Origin: Asterias rubens
Lineage: Eukaryota
DNA length: 64,000 bases
Direction: 5' to 3'
Assembly (NCBI RefSeq): GCF_902459465.1
Contig: NC_047064.1
Span: 18,104,001 to 18,168,000, forward strand
The translations under genes were made by a program, and so were the position numbers. Each line of letters starts with the position of its first letter. The first letter of the stretch is position 1. Positions 40,001-52,000 of this stretch are shown piece after piece. The notes under the pieces were generated by a model. It searched no databases and had not been told where the DNA came from. It was given only the letters and a program-made list of their open reading frames with translations.

Positions 40001-43000
40001 GATAAAATTAGATTAAATGAGTGAAGGGGTTGGATTGAAAAACTTGCCTTGATAACATATTCTTGAAGGGTTGCATATAATCGTGAATATGAAACAAGTG
40101 AGTTTGAATGAAACGAAAAAAACAAATCCTGACTATATTATTTCATGCCGATTTGACAAATTTTGTTATTAAACTTTTCGTTCTGTTTTACATGTTGAAT
40201 TTCACCTTTGAACAGCCGACTGCGGCGACCCTGGCACACCCGCCTCTGGTTCCCAGGTGGGCACCCCGTCCTATCTACTAGGCACCACGGTGGAATTTCA
40301 ATGTGAAAGTGGGTACGATCTTATTGGTGCCTCCGTCATCAGCTGTGAAGGGGGTTCGTGGAGCCGCGATGTGCCTACATGTCTAGGTTGGTATCTCTTC
40401 TTTTCTGTCATTTTTCCATTTTCTTCTTTCGATTTACGCGCCAACTTCGAATAAGTAGGGCACACCTGTTTTTAGGTAGAAATATTTCCACAGCATCTAG
40501 TAATAAAAACATCATTACAAAAAGTGGTTTAAACAAAGCCGTCACTTATGGATCTTGGGGGAAACGGGAAAGTGATGAAAAACAGATGCGAGTAAAACGA
40601 AGGCGTACGGAAATCTGTGTATAGGGCAGCCGTCGATTTCACCAAACTCGTCCTACTAAGGATGGGTTCAATGCGTCCTAAATTTGATACGGAACTGAAC
40701 TCGTCCTAAAGTCCTTAGATTAATCCCAAGTTAGGAAGAGTTTGGTGAAGTCGACGGCTGCCCTTGCCAAAGTCTGGATCAGTTTCAATTTCATTTCAAA
40801 CTGACACTCAATTTTTATTATTTTACTAAACAGCTAACTGCGTTGATCCTGGTACCCCTGGCAATGGTGCACAATCGGGCTCCTACGGCAATGGTGGTGT
40901 GGTAACATTTACGTGCAATGCAGATTTCACTCTGGTTGGTGCAAGTGCAATAACATGTTCGGATGGAAGTTGGAGTAATAGCATACCTACGTGTGAAGGT
41001 AAGACAACGAAATAAACATAATGTGGTTTCTTATTATTGCGCGCATATCCGTCAGTCACAGACGCTCATGGCGCTTTAAAGGCCTGTTTATAGTCGGTCG
41101 CGCGATGGTCGCGCGACGGAAGACTTGCGCGCAATCCTAAAGGCCGAGTTATAGTCGGTCGCGCGATGGTCGGGCGTCGGAAATCTGGACACGCGATCAT
41201 AAAAAGACACGGTTTTTAGGCCTCAGTCTTAGGATTGCGCGCAAGATTTCCGTCGCGCGACCATCGCGCGACCGACTATAAACCGGCCTTAAGACTGAGG
41301 CCTAAAAACCGTGTCTTTTTATGATCGCGCGTCAAGATTTCCGACGCCCGACAGTTTTCTCCGGCAAGGTATGTAGGCATACGTTTGAATTATGAAATCA
41401 CCCTTTTTTCATAGCATCATGTAATGGTTTGCTGCCAATCAAACCAGGAACACCGGGGCGAGCCCATTCTATTTTCGAAGTGCACTGGGTTCCTTACGTG
41501 TACAACACACGGGACCAACGGCCTAACGTCCCGTCATAATGACGAATCAATGATTAAGTGTCTTGCTTAAGGGCTCGAATCCCCACTCTATTGATAAAAA
41601 AAAATAAAAAAAAACAGAGTTGGGATTCGGTGCTCTTAACCGCTCGGCAACAACACCTCCATAAAGGAGATTTACAAATCAGAAATCGTATGCTCAAAAA
41701 AAGGGTGTTCAAACTAATTTTACATCTTTCCAACGGCTATTTAATTTAAGTACCGGGGCCTCGATATAACAGATGGTTGTGTGGATCTAAGAAAATTACC
41801 CAGGCCGGACGTAAGATTTTACCTCGGTCACAAACAAGGTGTAATTTTCGCCCAAAGTCCCTCTTTTCATACCAAGAGTCCAATAACAAACTGCTTTTAT
41901 AGACCATGTAAACTTTGTTTACAATAAATGTGACCTTGTACATTCTTTGAGTATTTTTGGCAGGCACAATACTGCACAGGTCATAATGGGAAAGTTTACA
42001 TTTTGTGTCATAATTTCTACATAAATCCAATAATTATGAAAGTAAAAGTTTGACAAGTTTTGAGATGTGCCCTCTTTCATCATGTCAAAAATTGATAAAT
42101 AAGAATTTGACAGTGCAATCTCCATAAAGTATAAGTTATTTATGTTTTATTCCTCTAGGCAATGTACAAATCGTGCCTGCAGGAAGTCCGGACTCTGTGG
42201 CTCCTTTGTAAACATGTGATGTCACATGTCATATCGTCTATTGCAATTGCACATTGACGTTTATTCCATACTCTTTTTGGACAAATAATTCAATATAAGA
42301 ATTTATCAGCGCATAGAAAAGCGTATCTAAGTATACAACATTAATTTATTGTTAAAAAGCAAATAATAAAAAAATAACTACGAATGAACTCTGTACAAGA
42401 GAGGAGCGAGAGCATGGGGCTGTTAGGGTAAACCGATGCTTATAGAATAATAATAATATATGTTTTCTCGGTCAATTTCGGAAAAGAGCAGCCAATTTAA
42501 CCACCAAGCTATTCTATTTCGCGCAAAATCGAATGCTACTTAAAAGGGTCATTCGATTTCGTTTTGGGATTAGTCAAATGTAATGTTGCGTCATTCGAAT
42601 TAACAAAATAATCATTCAATTTAACAATTCATCAAATCAGCATTCATATTCGCAGACGCTTCTTGAGGCGTGTGTGTCACAAAAAAGAATGACGCTACGC
42701 TAAATTGAACAGAGTGCTTAAGGAACTTGACTCGACCCTAAACGAAATTGAATGGCCGAATTCTGAATTTGAAACGCAGTAACAACTGGAAAAGCAAAAC
42801 AGCTGCCGAATTTGACCGAGAAAACCTATAATAATAGCTAGTTTTTATACAGCGCTTTTCACACCGAAGGGCGTCCCAAAGCGCTTCACAGTCTTTAGTA
42901 AGGCAAACAAACAAATAGCGAATAACGAAACAAAGACAAGACAAACATTGCAAAATGCTGACGACAAAATAAAAAAAAACTATGACCAGGCTAACTGAAT

Positions 43001-46000
43001 ACGACGAAGTTAAAATAGATAACAACAAATCAGTGTACAAAGAGAAAAGTTGACTCCAACAAAAGAACACCTGTTGACAAAACATTCTTTCAAGCTAACA
43101 TTTCGCTATCTCATCCCTCAGCGGACTGCGTCGATCCCGGTTCTGTGGTAAACGGCAGAAAGTTTGGTGGCTACACCAATGGCGACACCCTGTCGTTCCA
43201 ATGCGATACTGATTACTCTCTCGTGGGAGCTCAAAACATAACCTGCCGGAGTGGTGCGTTTGACGGTGTGCTGCCGGTATGTTACGGTAAGTAAAAACAA
43301 GGGTAGGAAGAAATCTACATAACAGTTCAGCTTTTGGACTAGAACAAACCCAAGAAAACAGATAGGTTGAACTTTTACAGTTACATACAAGGTTTGTGCT
43401 ACGGTGCTCTGCAGTTGTCCAAGAAAAATCTTTCCACCGGAGATTCTGTCCACCTTAAGGGAAATTAACGTGAGTTGGAGGAGGATTATTCAAAAGAGGG
43501 CGGTATCAGAAATCGTTTGTACCATGCAGTTCGCCGTTTGAGGTGACATAACCTCCTGCCACACCGTCGTAAGTAAAACAATGGTAGAAAGAAATAGTAA
43601 ATGAAAGAATCATCCACCCATTACAGCTTTTGGATTAAAACTAAGAAAAGCAGACAGACAACCAGTTTAGTAGATGGAAATTTGAGTAGACTCCCATAAA
43701 TGGCCTACCGTGTTTGTCGACGAGGTAAAAGGAAAACCACGCAGTTTCGAGTGATACTTGTGTGGATCATTACATTCTACTTTTACAAACGCTTTTCAAA
43801 GACCAACTCGACCGATCCAAAGCAACGTGTTCCTTTAACCACAAATAAACCCTTTGTTATAGATTCGAGATCTGCAAATCCCTTAGATAATTACGCCTCT
43901 ACAAGATTATCAGAGGGGCTTCGCTCATACCTAATGATTTGTCACATCAACGCTCCCTGACTTGTCTGTGAGTTAAAGCCTCATTAATATAATCTCCTCG
44001 GTGATGTGTCAAGGGGAATTAACTTGCCACAATAATAATTCGGCTTATAGCGTCTTTAAAATTTAGTTTGCAGTTTTGGTAATTACCCAAAATAATTGTT
44101 TGAAAATGGTTTAATGAACCCTTTTCGTGTATATTTTTTCCCCCAGCTGATTGTGTTGATCCTGGTACCCCAGAGTCTGGTAGCCAGTCTGGTACCTACG
44201 CCCATGCAGACATCGTCACGTTCTCATGCATTTCGGGTTTCGAGCTACTAGGTGCATCACAGATCACGTGTGATGCTGGCTCGTGGAGTAATGGTCTACC
44301 AACTTGTTTGGGTAAGACGGCCTGTATGGTTCGAGGCAATTTCTCCTTGGTCAAGTGCATCCTATGAAGAAGTTATAAGTTATAAATAGGGGCACCAAGG
44401 CAATGACCAGGGACCATGGAGGCAATCGCCTTCGTTGCCTTTATGCTAGGCTTATGGTAAGAAAGTGATTATAAATATAAAATAAAGTTAATGAAGTTTC
44501 CGGATCTAGATTTTTTGTATTTAATTTCAGTTCAAAATGTCATATCTTTCCATTTCGAAAAGTACACAACTTTGGAGGCATAAGTCTTAACAAGCCCAGG
44601 GTTGTAGTTAGTGGGGTGCCTTTAAAACAAGAAAAACAAAACATAAAAAATAAACCTAATTAATTTATGGACAAATTAAATTAGACCATTTTTTTTACAA
44701 AACAAAGATATACATGGGGACCATAATCTGACATGAAAGAAGTTGGGATAAAGTGAGGACTTAAAACTGCACTGGAGTAAGCAAGGGATAGTATCGTTTT
44801 TTAAATTGTTTATTAAATGAGACTTATAAAGAAGTGGAGATGGGCAGATCACCTACCAAGGAGGTATGACAACCATGACAACAGCTAGATGGGCATGCGA
44901 AACAACCAACTGAACGTCAACAAACCGAATAGGAAAAAGAGTAGGACAAAACAAGACAGGGAGATGAACTCAGTACATATATGGGGCATTGATTGGCAAT
45001 AGACAGCTCAGGATAGAGTGAAATGGAGAATTGCATTATACATCATGCAGTAGAGTAAATTAGGCTAACAAAAAGACAAAGGGTGTTTTTCCAAAGCTAC
45101 AATGCCCCACAAAAGATTGCTGAACAAAGTTCCAGTGTAGCCATAAACATTTAAAGCCAACACATTTCAATCTGATATTTTTCTTGCAGCCAATTGTACT
45201 GATCCAGGAACACCAGAGTTTGGCAGCCAGACAGGAAACTACGGAAACTCTGAAGTTCTCTTCTTCAACTGTTCAGATGGCTATACCCTGGTCGGTGCCG
45301 ACCAAATAACATGTGCCAACGGTGATTGGAGTAACAGTGTGCCAGTCTGCAAAGGTAATAACTAATATGAAACCCCCCTCTTAGTACTCAAGACATGACC
45401 CATCAATAAACTGTAAGGCCTGTATGCTTCGTTTTTGAAAGGGCTAGGGCACCAAGGCATTTTCTCCTCTAACCCTATTGCCAGTTTCTACTGGAGCATT
45501 TCAAGAGCACCAAGGCAATTACCATGAGGCAAGGAGGAAATCACCTTCCCAGGCCTGAATTAAATAACCTGTGAGGTATCTAGCATGGGTTATAGGGTCG
45601 AACCCACTCAAACCATTCCATCTAGCATGTTTCAGTTTTTTCCCGAAGACTTTTGGTTTTTCTCAATTTAAAAATTAGGAATTTTTTTTATTCAACCTTG
45701 GGAATGTAGATACTGCCTCTTACTCCATATCGAAATTCTAGGTATGCTAATTGGGTTTCCAAACCATAGTTGGCAAACAAGGGAATGGGGATCCTCCTCT
45801 TATAAGGGTCAACAAACACTGACCTCAAACTCTAAATACGTCCAGATCAGAATTGACCCGGACCCAGGCACTTTGACCCATTGTGGGGTCAATGTGACCC
45901 AGAATCAGAGTCAATATGGCCCAAAAAGGTCCAAAATGATGCAAAATCTAAGGTAGATTAAATTGTTTAAATCCGGCTCGGCCCAGAGTCCGGATCAACT

Positions 46001-49000
46001 GTGACCTTAGATTTTTTAGAGTGCAGTTTTAAAAGCGGTTTGAAATATTGCTACCAAAGGAGACTGCTTAGGAAAAAAGTCTGGTAATGTTATTTGCAAT
46101 TATTTAGAAATGTGTCAATGAGTGCTATAGAACATAGAGTACAGATCAATGTTTCTAAAAGTATTTTCTTATAGCTTTTCAAAGCATATTTACCTCTGTT
46201 AGAACATTTTAACCAAAGTTGGTTGTGATTGGGTTCACATTCAAATGTCTGTCTTTACAATCTTATTTATCCCAGCTAACTGCGTTGATCCTGGCACACC
46301 AGCGTTTGGAAGTCAAACAGGGACGTACAAACATTCTGATGTCCTCTTCTTCAACTGTACGGTAGGCTACGACCTGATTGGAGCTGATCAACTAACTTGT
46401 AACAATGGAGTATGGACCAACGACATACCAACCTGTCAATGTAAGAAGAATTCCTGCCAATTGAACATTTTTCCCCCATTTGTTATGAAAACAACCCGAA
46501 CAACGCGAAACAAATTCACAAACGAGGACCTATAGGTCTTTCTTGTCAAGCTTATTTCCTCAATACTATCATGGCGCACACCATGAACTCTTCTTTGTTG
46601 TCAGTTTGTAGGTTAAACAAACAATTTTCAGCAGACTATTTTGAAAGTGCTTTTTAAGATGACATAGTTATGTATGTAGCCACTATAAACATTTAAATTA
46701 ACACCTCTCTTGTTATCTTATCCACAGTCAATTAAGAGTACTGAAATAATTAATCCTGACAGTCCAATTACTTGGTATTTTCTCATGACTAGACGTGCAG
46801 CCGCCGCTTGAGCCAACAGTAGCCCCAACACCTGCCGTTAATGAGTTGACTACCATTGACAGTCTGACCACATCAGCAGTAGAGGTTGTTGCAACTACTA
46901 AAGAAGAGTCAACAACTAAAGAAGCTACCACAGCAGAGTCAACCACTATAGAAGCTGAAGATGAATCAACTACAGTGGTAGTACAAGATTCTACAACCCT
47001 TGAAACGGAAGTTGAAGTCACAACAGAAGCCCCAGAACAAGAGTCAACTACTCAAACAGAACTTGACACAACTACATCTGCAGAAGAAGAGTCAACAACC
47101 CTTGAAACTGAAGTTGAATCAACTACAGTGGTAGTAGAAGAGTCAACAACCCTTGAAACTGAAGTTGAAGCCTCAACAGAAACCCCAGAACAAGAATCAA
47201 CTACTCCTGAAACAGAAGCTGAATCAACTACAGTGGTAGTAGAAGAGTCAACTACCCTTGAAACTGAAGTTGAAGCCTCAACAGAAACCCCAGAGCAAGA
47301 ATCAACTACTATTGAAACAGAAGCTGAATCAACTACAGTGGTAGTAGAAGAGTCAACAACTCCGGAAGCAGAAGGTGAAGTAACTACAGCAATAGACCAG
47401 GAATCAACAACTGCTGAAGTAGAGGATGACTCAACTACCGACAGTGAGACAGAGAACTTCACAACTGAGAATCCATCAGACGAGATCACTACGGAAACTG
47501 ACTTCACCATTCTCCCCGAACAACCGTTTACAACAGATGTGGACACAACTGAAAGTCAAACTAACAGACCACCAAGACCACCGATGTTATTCTGCCCACC
47601 ACTATGGCTCCATGTGCATGGCATGTATCGGAAAAAATACAAACAAGGGGATAAGGTCAGCTTCTCCTGTAAACCTGGTTTTACAGTTGTGGGCCCCAAG
47701 TGGATTGTCTGTTATGATGGGGAGTGGAGTGGTCCAGTGCCTGAATGCATACGTGAGTACCATTTTCAGACTAGAGAGCTGTATTCCATTAGTTTGCCAA
47801 GCTGGAACTCTCCACTACATCTTAGATCTTGTCTTTGTGCCACAAAATTCAAATCTCCTCTCAAAACTTATCTTACATCACTGGCTTTCAAGGACTAGTT
47901 TTGATTTGTCTGTTCTTTTCTTTTCTTTTGGGTTTTACTGCACCTTGAACACCCCGCTGGGTGGATATGTTCACATTACAAGTCTTTTTTTATTTATTTT
48001 TTATTAAGCTGTGACAGCCCAAACTATTATAATAGCTAGAAATATTATCCGTAGTTCGTCATGACAGAACATTTCAAAACTTGTAATTTTGGCTTCTAGA
48101 AAAAAATAACTGCTTACCCTACTCACTTTAATTTTCAATTTAATCATGCGTACTCTGAATTCTATTTTACAGCCTCTTGTGAATATGTTCCCCCTGCTCC
48201 TGAACATGGCGAGAGTCAATTCATACCATCTGAACGTCATCCTTGGGACGGCTTCAATTGGGAGAACTTACCACACCATAATCCATTGGAAGAACTATTT
48301 CCAGACTTGGACCTTGCTTGGAGTCGAACCCTACTTCGCGTCTTTTTGAGCTTGCAAGATGGTCGACTCACATGGGTTGAGATATTCAAGCTGTTCTTAA
48401 ATGGAATTCATCTCCGGCATGAAAACTGGCCGTGGAGTGCCGAGACACCTCTAGATCTTCCCAACATTCCATGGGCAGAGTTGCACCGGTTGATGCCAAA
48501 TGGCATTCCACTCGGAGATGGTAGTTACTTCGGATGGACTGAAATGTTTCTACAATTCCCAGATGGGGTTCCCTTTGGAGGTGATCTCCCATGGATGATG
48601 CCTGGGAAAGGGAGTCAAGGTGGAATGTCTTGGGAATCCGAATACCTGAGCAGTGTTTTTCCTGGAGATGAAGACGATGACAGTGTTGGTACGATTCCTT
48701 CTGAGGAGCTTCCATGGGAAAGTATGCTTCAGATGTTCTTCCAGTGGCTTTCAACTGAGTTGGGTGATTCTAGTCTCCTTCCTGGTGGGGCAGGTGGTGG
48801 TGTGATACCTGGCGATGGTGATGGTTCAATTGATCCCACAACTGTTGGAATAGCAACGCTCCTCGAACTCCTAAATGGGCAAATTCCATCCATAGATTTC
48901 GGAACTATTCCATGGCAGCAACTGTTGAGCCTGTTTCCCGATGGACTCTCATTCGCGGACGGACAGATTTCATGGGACCTAATTCTCCAGGTGTTTAACT

Positions 49001-52000
49001 TTTTGGGTGGCTCTGGGAATGTGATGCCTTGGAGTGGTGAAATAAGCGATGGTTTCTTCAATACAGGAGGTTTCGTCGTGACATGGGAAGACCTGTATCA
49101 ATTAACTCCACAAGGTATTCCATTGGGAGACACTACAATTCCGTGGGAAGTCCTTTTCGCATTGTATCCAGATGGTCCTCCACCTCTAGACGACTGGTCA
49201 CAGTTCATACCAACTGGTGGATTCGTTTTGCCTGGTGGTGGGTCCGGCAGTAATGACGTAACTCCCTGGAGTGGTGTAGTACCTGTGGGCTACCTAGACT
49301 TTGGAGATGGCATCATTACATGGGAAAATGTGTACCTATACTTACCAGATGGAATTCCAGTCGGAGACAAAACTGTACCATGGGAAAAGGTATTCGAGGC
49401 GTTTCCAGATGGGCCGCCAGCAACTGAAACTTTATACAGCTTTTTAGCCACTGCTGTAGAAGATGACAGAGAAGAAATATCCCCCTGGAGTGGTGTAGTA
49501 CCTGTGGGCTACCTAGACTTTGGAGATGGCATCATTACATGGGAAAACGTGTACCTTTACTTACCAGATGGAATTCCAGTCGGAGACAAAACTGTACCAT
49601 GGGAAAAGGTATTCGAGGCGTTTCCAGATGGGCCTCCAGCAACTGAAACTTTATACAGCTTTTTAGCCACTGCTGTAGAAGATGACAGAGAAGAAATATC
49701 CCCCTGGAGTGGTGTAGTACCTGTGGGCTACCTGGACTTTGGAGATGGCATCATTACATGGGAAAACGTGTACCTATACTTACCGGATGGAATTCCTGTT
49801 GGAAACAAAACTGTACCATGGGAAAAGGTATTCGAGGCGTTTCCAGATGGGCCTCCAGCAACTGGAACTTTATACAGCTTTTTAGCCACTGCTATAGAAG
49901 ATGACAGAGTTGACATAACTCCTTGGAGCGGTGTAGTACCTGTGGGCTATCTAGACTTTGGAGATGGCATCATTACATGGGAAAACGTGTACCTTTACAT
50001 ACCAGATGGAATTCCTGTCGGAAACAAAACAGTACCATGGAAAAATGTATTTGAGGCGTTTCCAGATGGGCCTCCAGCAACTGAAACTTTATACAGCTTT
50101 TTAGCCATGGCGGCTCAAGGAGATAGTATGATTCCCGAAGATGACAGTGCAGCAGTAAGTCCCTGGAGTGGTGTCATACCTATAGGTTACCTGGACATTG
50201 GGGATGGTAGCTTAACGTGGGAAACGCTGTTCCAAGGTCTACCGAAAGGTTTTCCATTTAGAAATGGAACCATTCCATGGGGAAAAATATTTATAGCTTT
50301 TCCAAATGGTCCACCACCAGTTGAAGATTTGTTGATGTTTTTAAGGATGTTTCAAGCAGGGAATGATATGAATCTTGGAGATGACATCGATGATGTCCGA
50401 GGAGTTCCATGGAGTGGCGTCATACCTAGAGGTTACCTAGACATTGGGAATGGTAATGTTACATGGGAGGACCTTTACCAGCGAATACCAGAAGGCCTTT
50501 CATTTTTTAATTATACGGTCCCGTGGGAATCCTTGTTCAATACATTTCCAGTGGGCCCGCCACCGATTGAGGACTTGTTAAACTTTTTCAGGATGGCTCA
50601 AGCAGGCAGTGGTGAAGTCCCGGTAAGACCATGGCGTGGTGTTATACCAGTAGGTTACCTTGGTATTGGGGACGGTAATGTAACATGGGAGGACCTCTAC
50701 CAACGTAAACCAGATGGCCTTTCATATGGAAACTATACGGTCCCATGGAAAAGGATGTTTAAAACATTTCCAGATGGTCCACCATCAGTCGAAATTTTGC
50801 TGTTCTTCCTCAGAATGGTCCAAGAAGGAAGTGGTATGACTACTGAAGAAATTCCAGTAAGACCGTGGAGTGGTGTAATACCTGAAGGGTACTTGGATAT
50901 CGGGGACGGTACTCTAACATGGGAGAGCCTCTATCAGCGCATACCAGATGGCATTCCATTTTTAAATTATACAGTCCAATGGAGAACCTTGTTCAAAATA
51001 TTTCCAGATGGCCCGCCACCGATTGAAGACTTGTTGAACTTTCTCAGGATGGCTCAAGCAGGCAGCGGTGAAGTCCCAGTAAGACCTTGGCGTGGTGTTA
51101 TACCTGAAGGTTACTTGGATATCGGGAATGGTAATGTTACGTGGGAGGACCTCTACCAGCGGCTACCAAATGGCCTTCCATTTAGAAACTACACAATTTC
51201 ATGGAAAAGATTATTCACAACATTTCCAGATGGTCCTCCGACTGTTCAAGAGCTGGTCAGACTGGTTATGAGAAGAATGACTCCTGGCAGAGCAGAGGAC
51301 AGTGAAGAAATGCAGAGTTCATGGAGTGGTATAGTTCCACAGGGCTTGTTGAATTTAGGGGATGGCAGATTGACATGGGAAGAGCTTTATCAGGCAATGC
51401 CAGAGGGTCTTCAAATTGGGAACTATACCTTTCCATGGAAGTTGTTATTTATGATGTTTCCAAATGGACCGCCACCTCCTGAGGATTGGTTGGAGCTTGC
51501 ACAGGAGGTAAGCGTGGGTCATGTTGCCTCAATTGATGAGACTCTGGATCAACAGAATGGAGGAGAAACCACCAGTGCTATAGCTCCATGGACAGGCCTG
51601 ATCCCTCAGGGATTACTCAATATTGGAGATGGTAGTATAACATGGGAAGATCTTGCTCTACTGATGCCAGACGGTCTGCAATTTGGAAATAATAACGTTG
51701 CATGGGGAGTCCTGTTTATGATGTTTCCAAATGGTCCTCCACTTGATGCTGCTGATTGGTCAGGTTTTTCACCACTTAGTCAGGCTGGTAATAATAATCC
51801 TCTGCAAGAAGTGATAGGACATATTGAGTCGTTTCCATGGGCAGAACTTCTGGATGTAGTCGTACCTTGGTTGCCATTTGGAGATGCTTTAAACGTTGAA
51901 ACTCCAGGAGACCAAGGGGGTTCTGGAGTGGAAGCACCTTGGACAGGGGTTGTTCCACCAGAACTTTTTAATTTTGGAGATGAAACTTTGACTTGGGAAC

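Noticed and set aside
46729-46790. Alternative acceptor (TTATCCACAG) ahead of the stalk exon, possibly a dead sushi exon
   Set aside because: Stops follow immediately in the required phase and similarity to sushi exons is too weak
46728-47546. Minus-strand Ser/Val-rich ORFs (also 57730-58200 and 58351-58773)
   Set aside because: Antisense mirror of the Thr/Glu stalk exons
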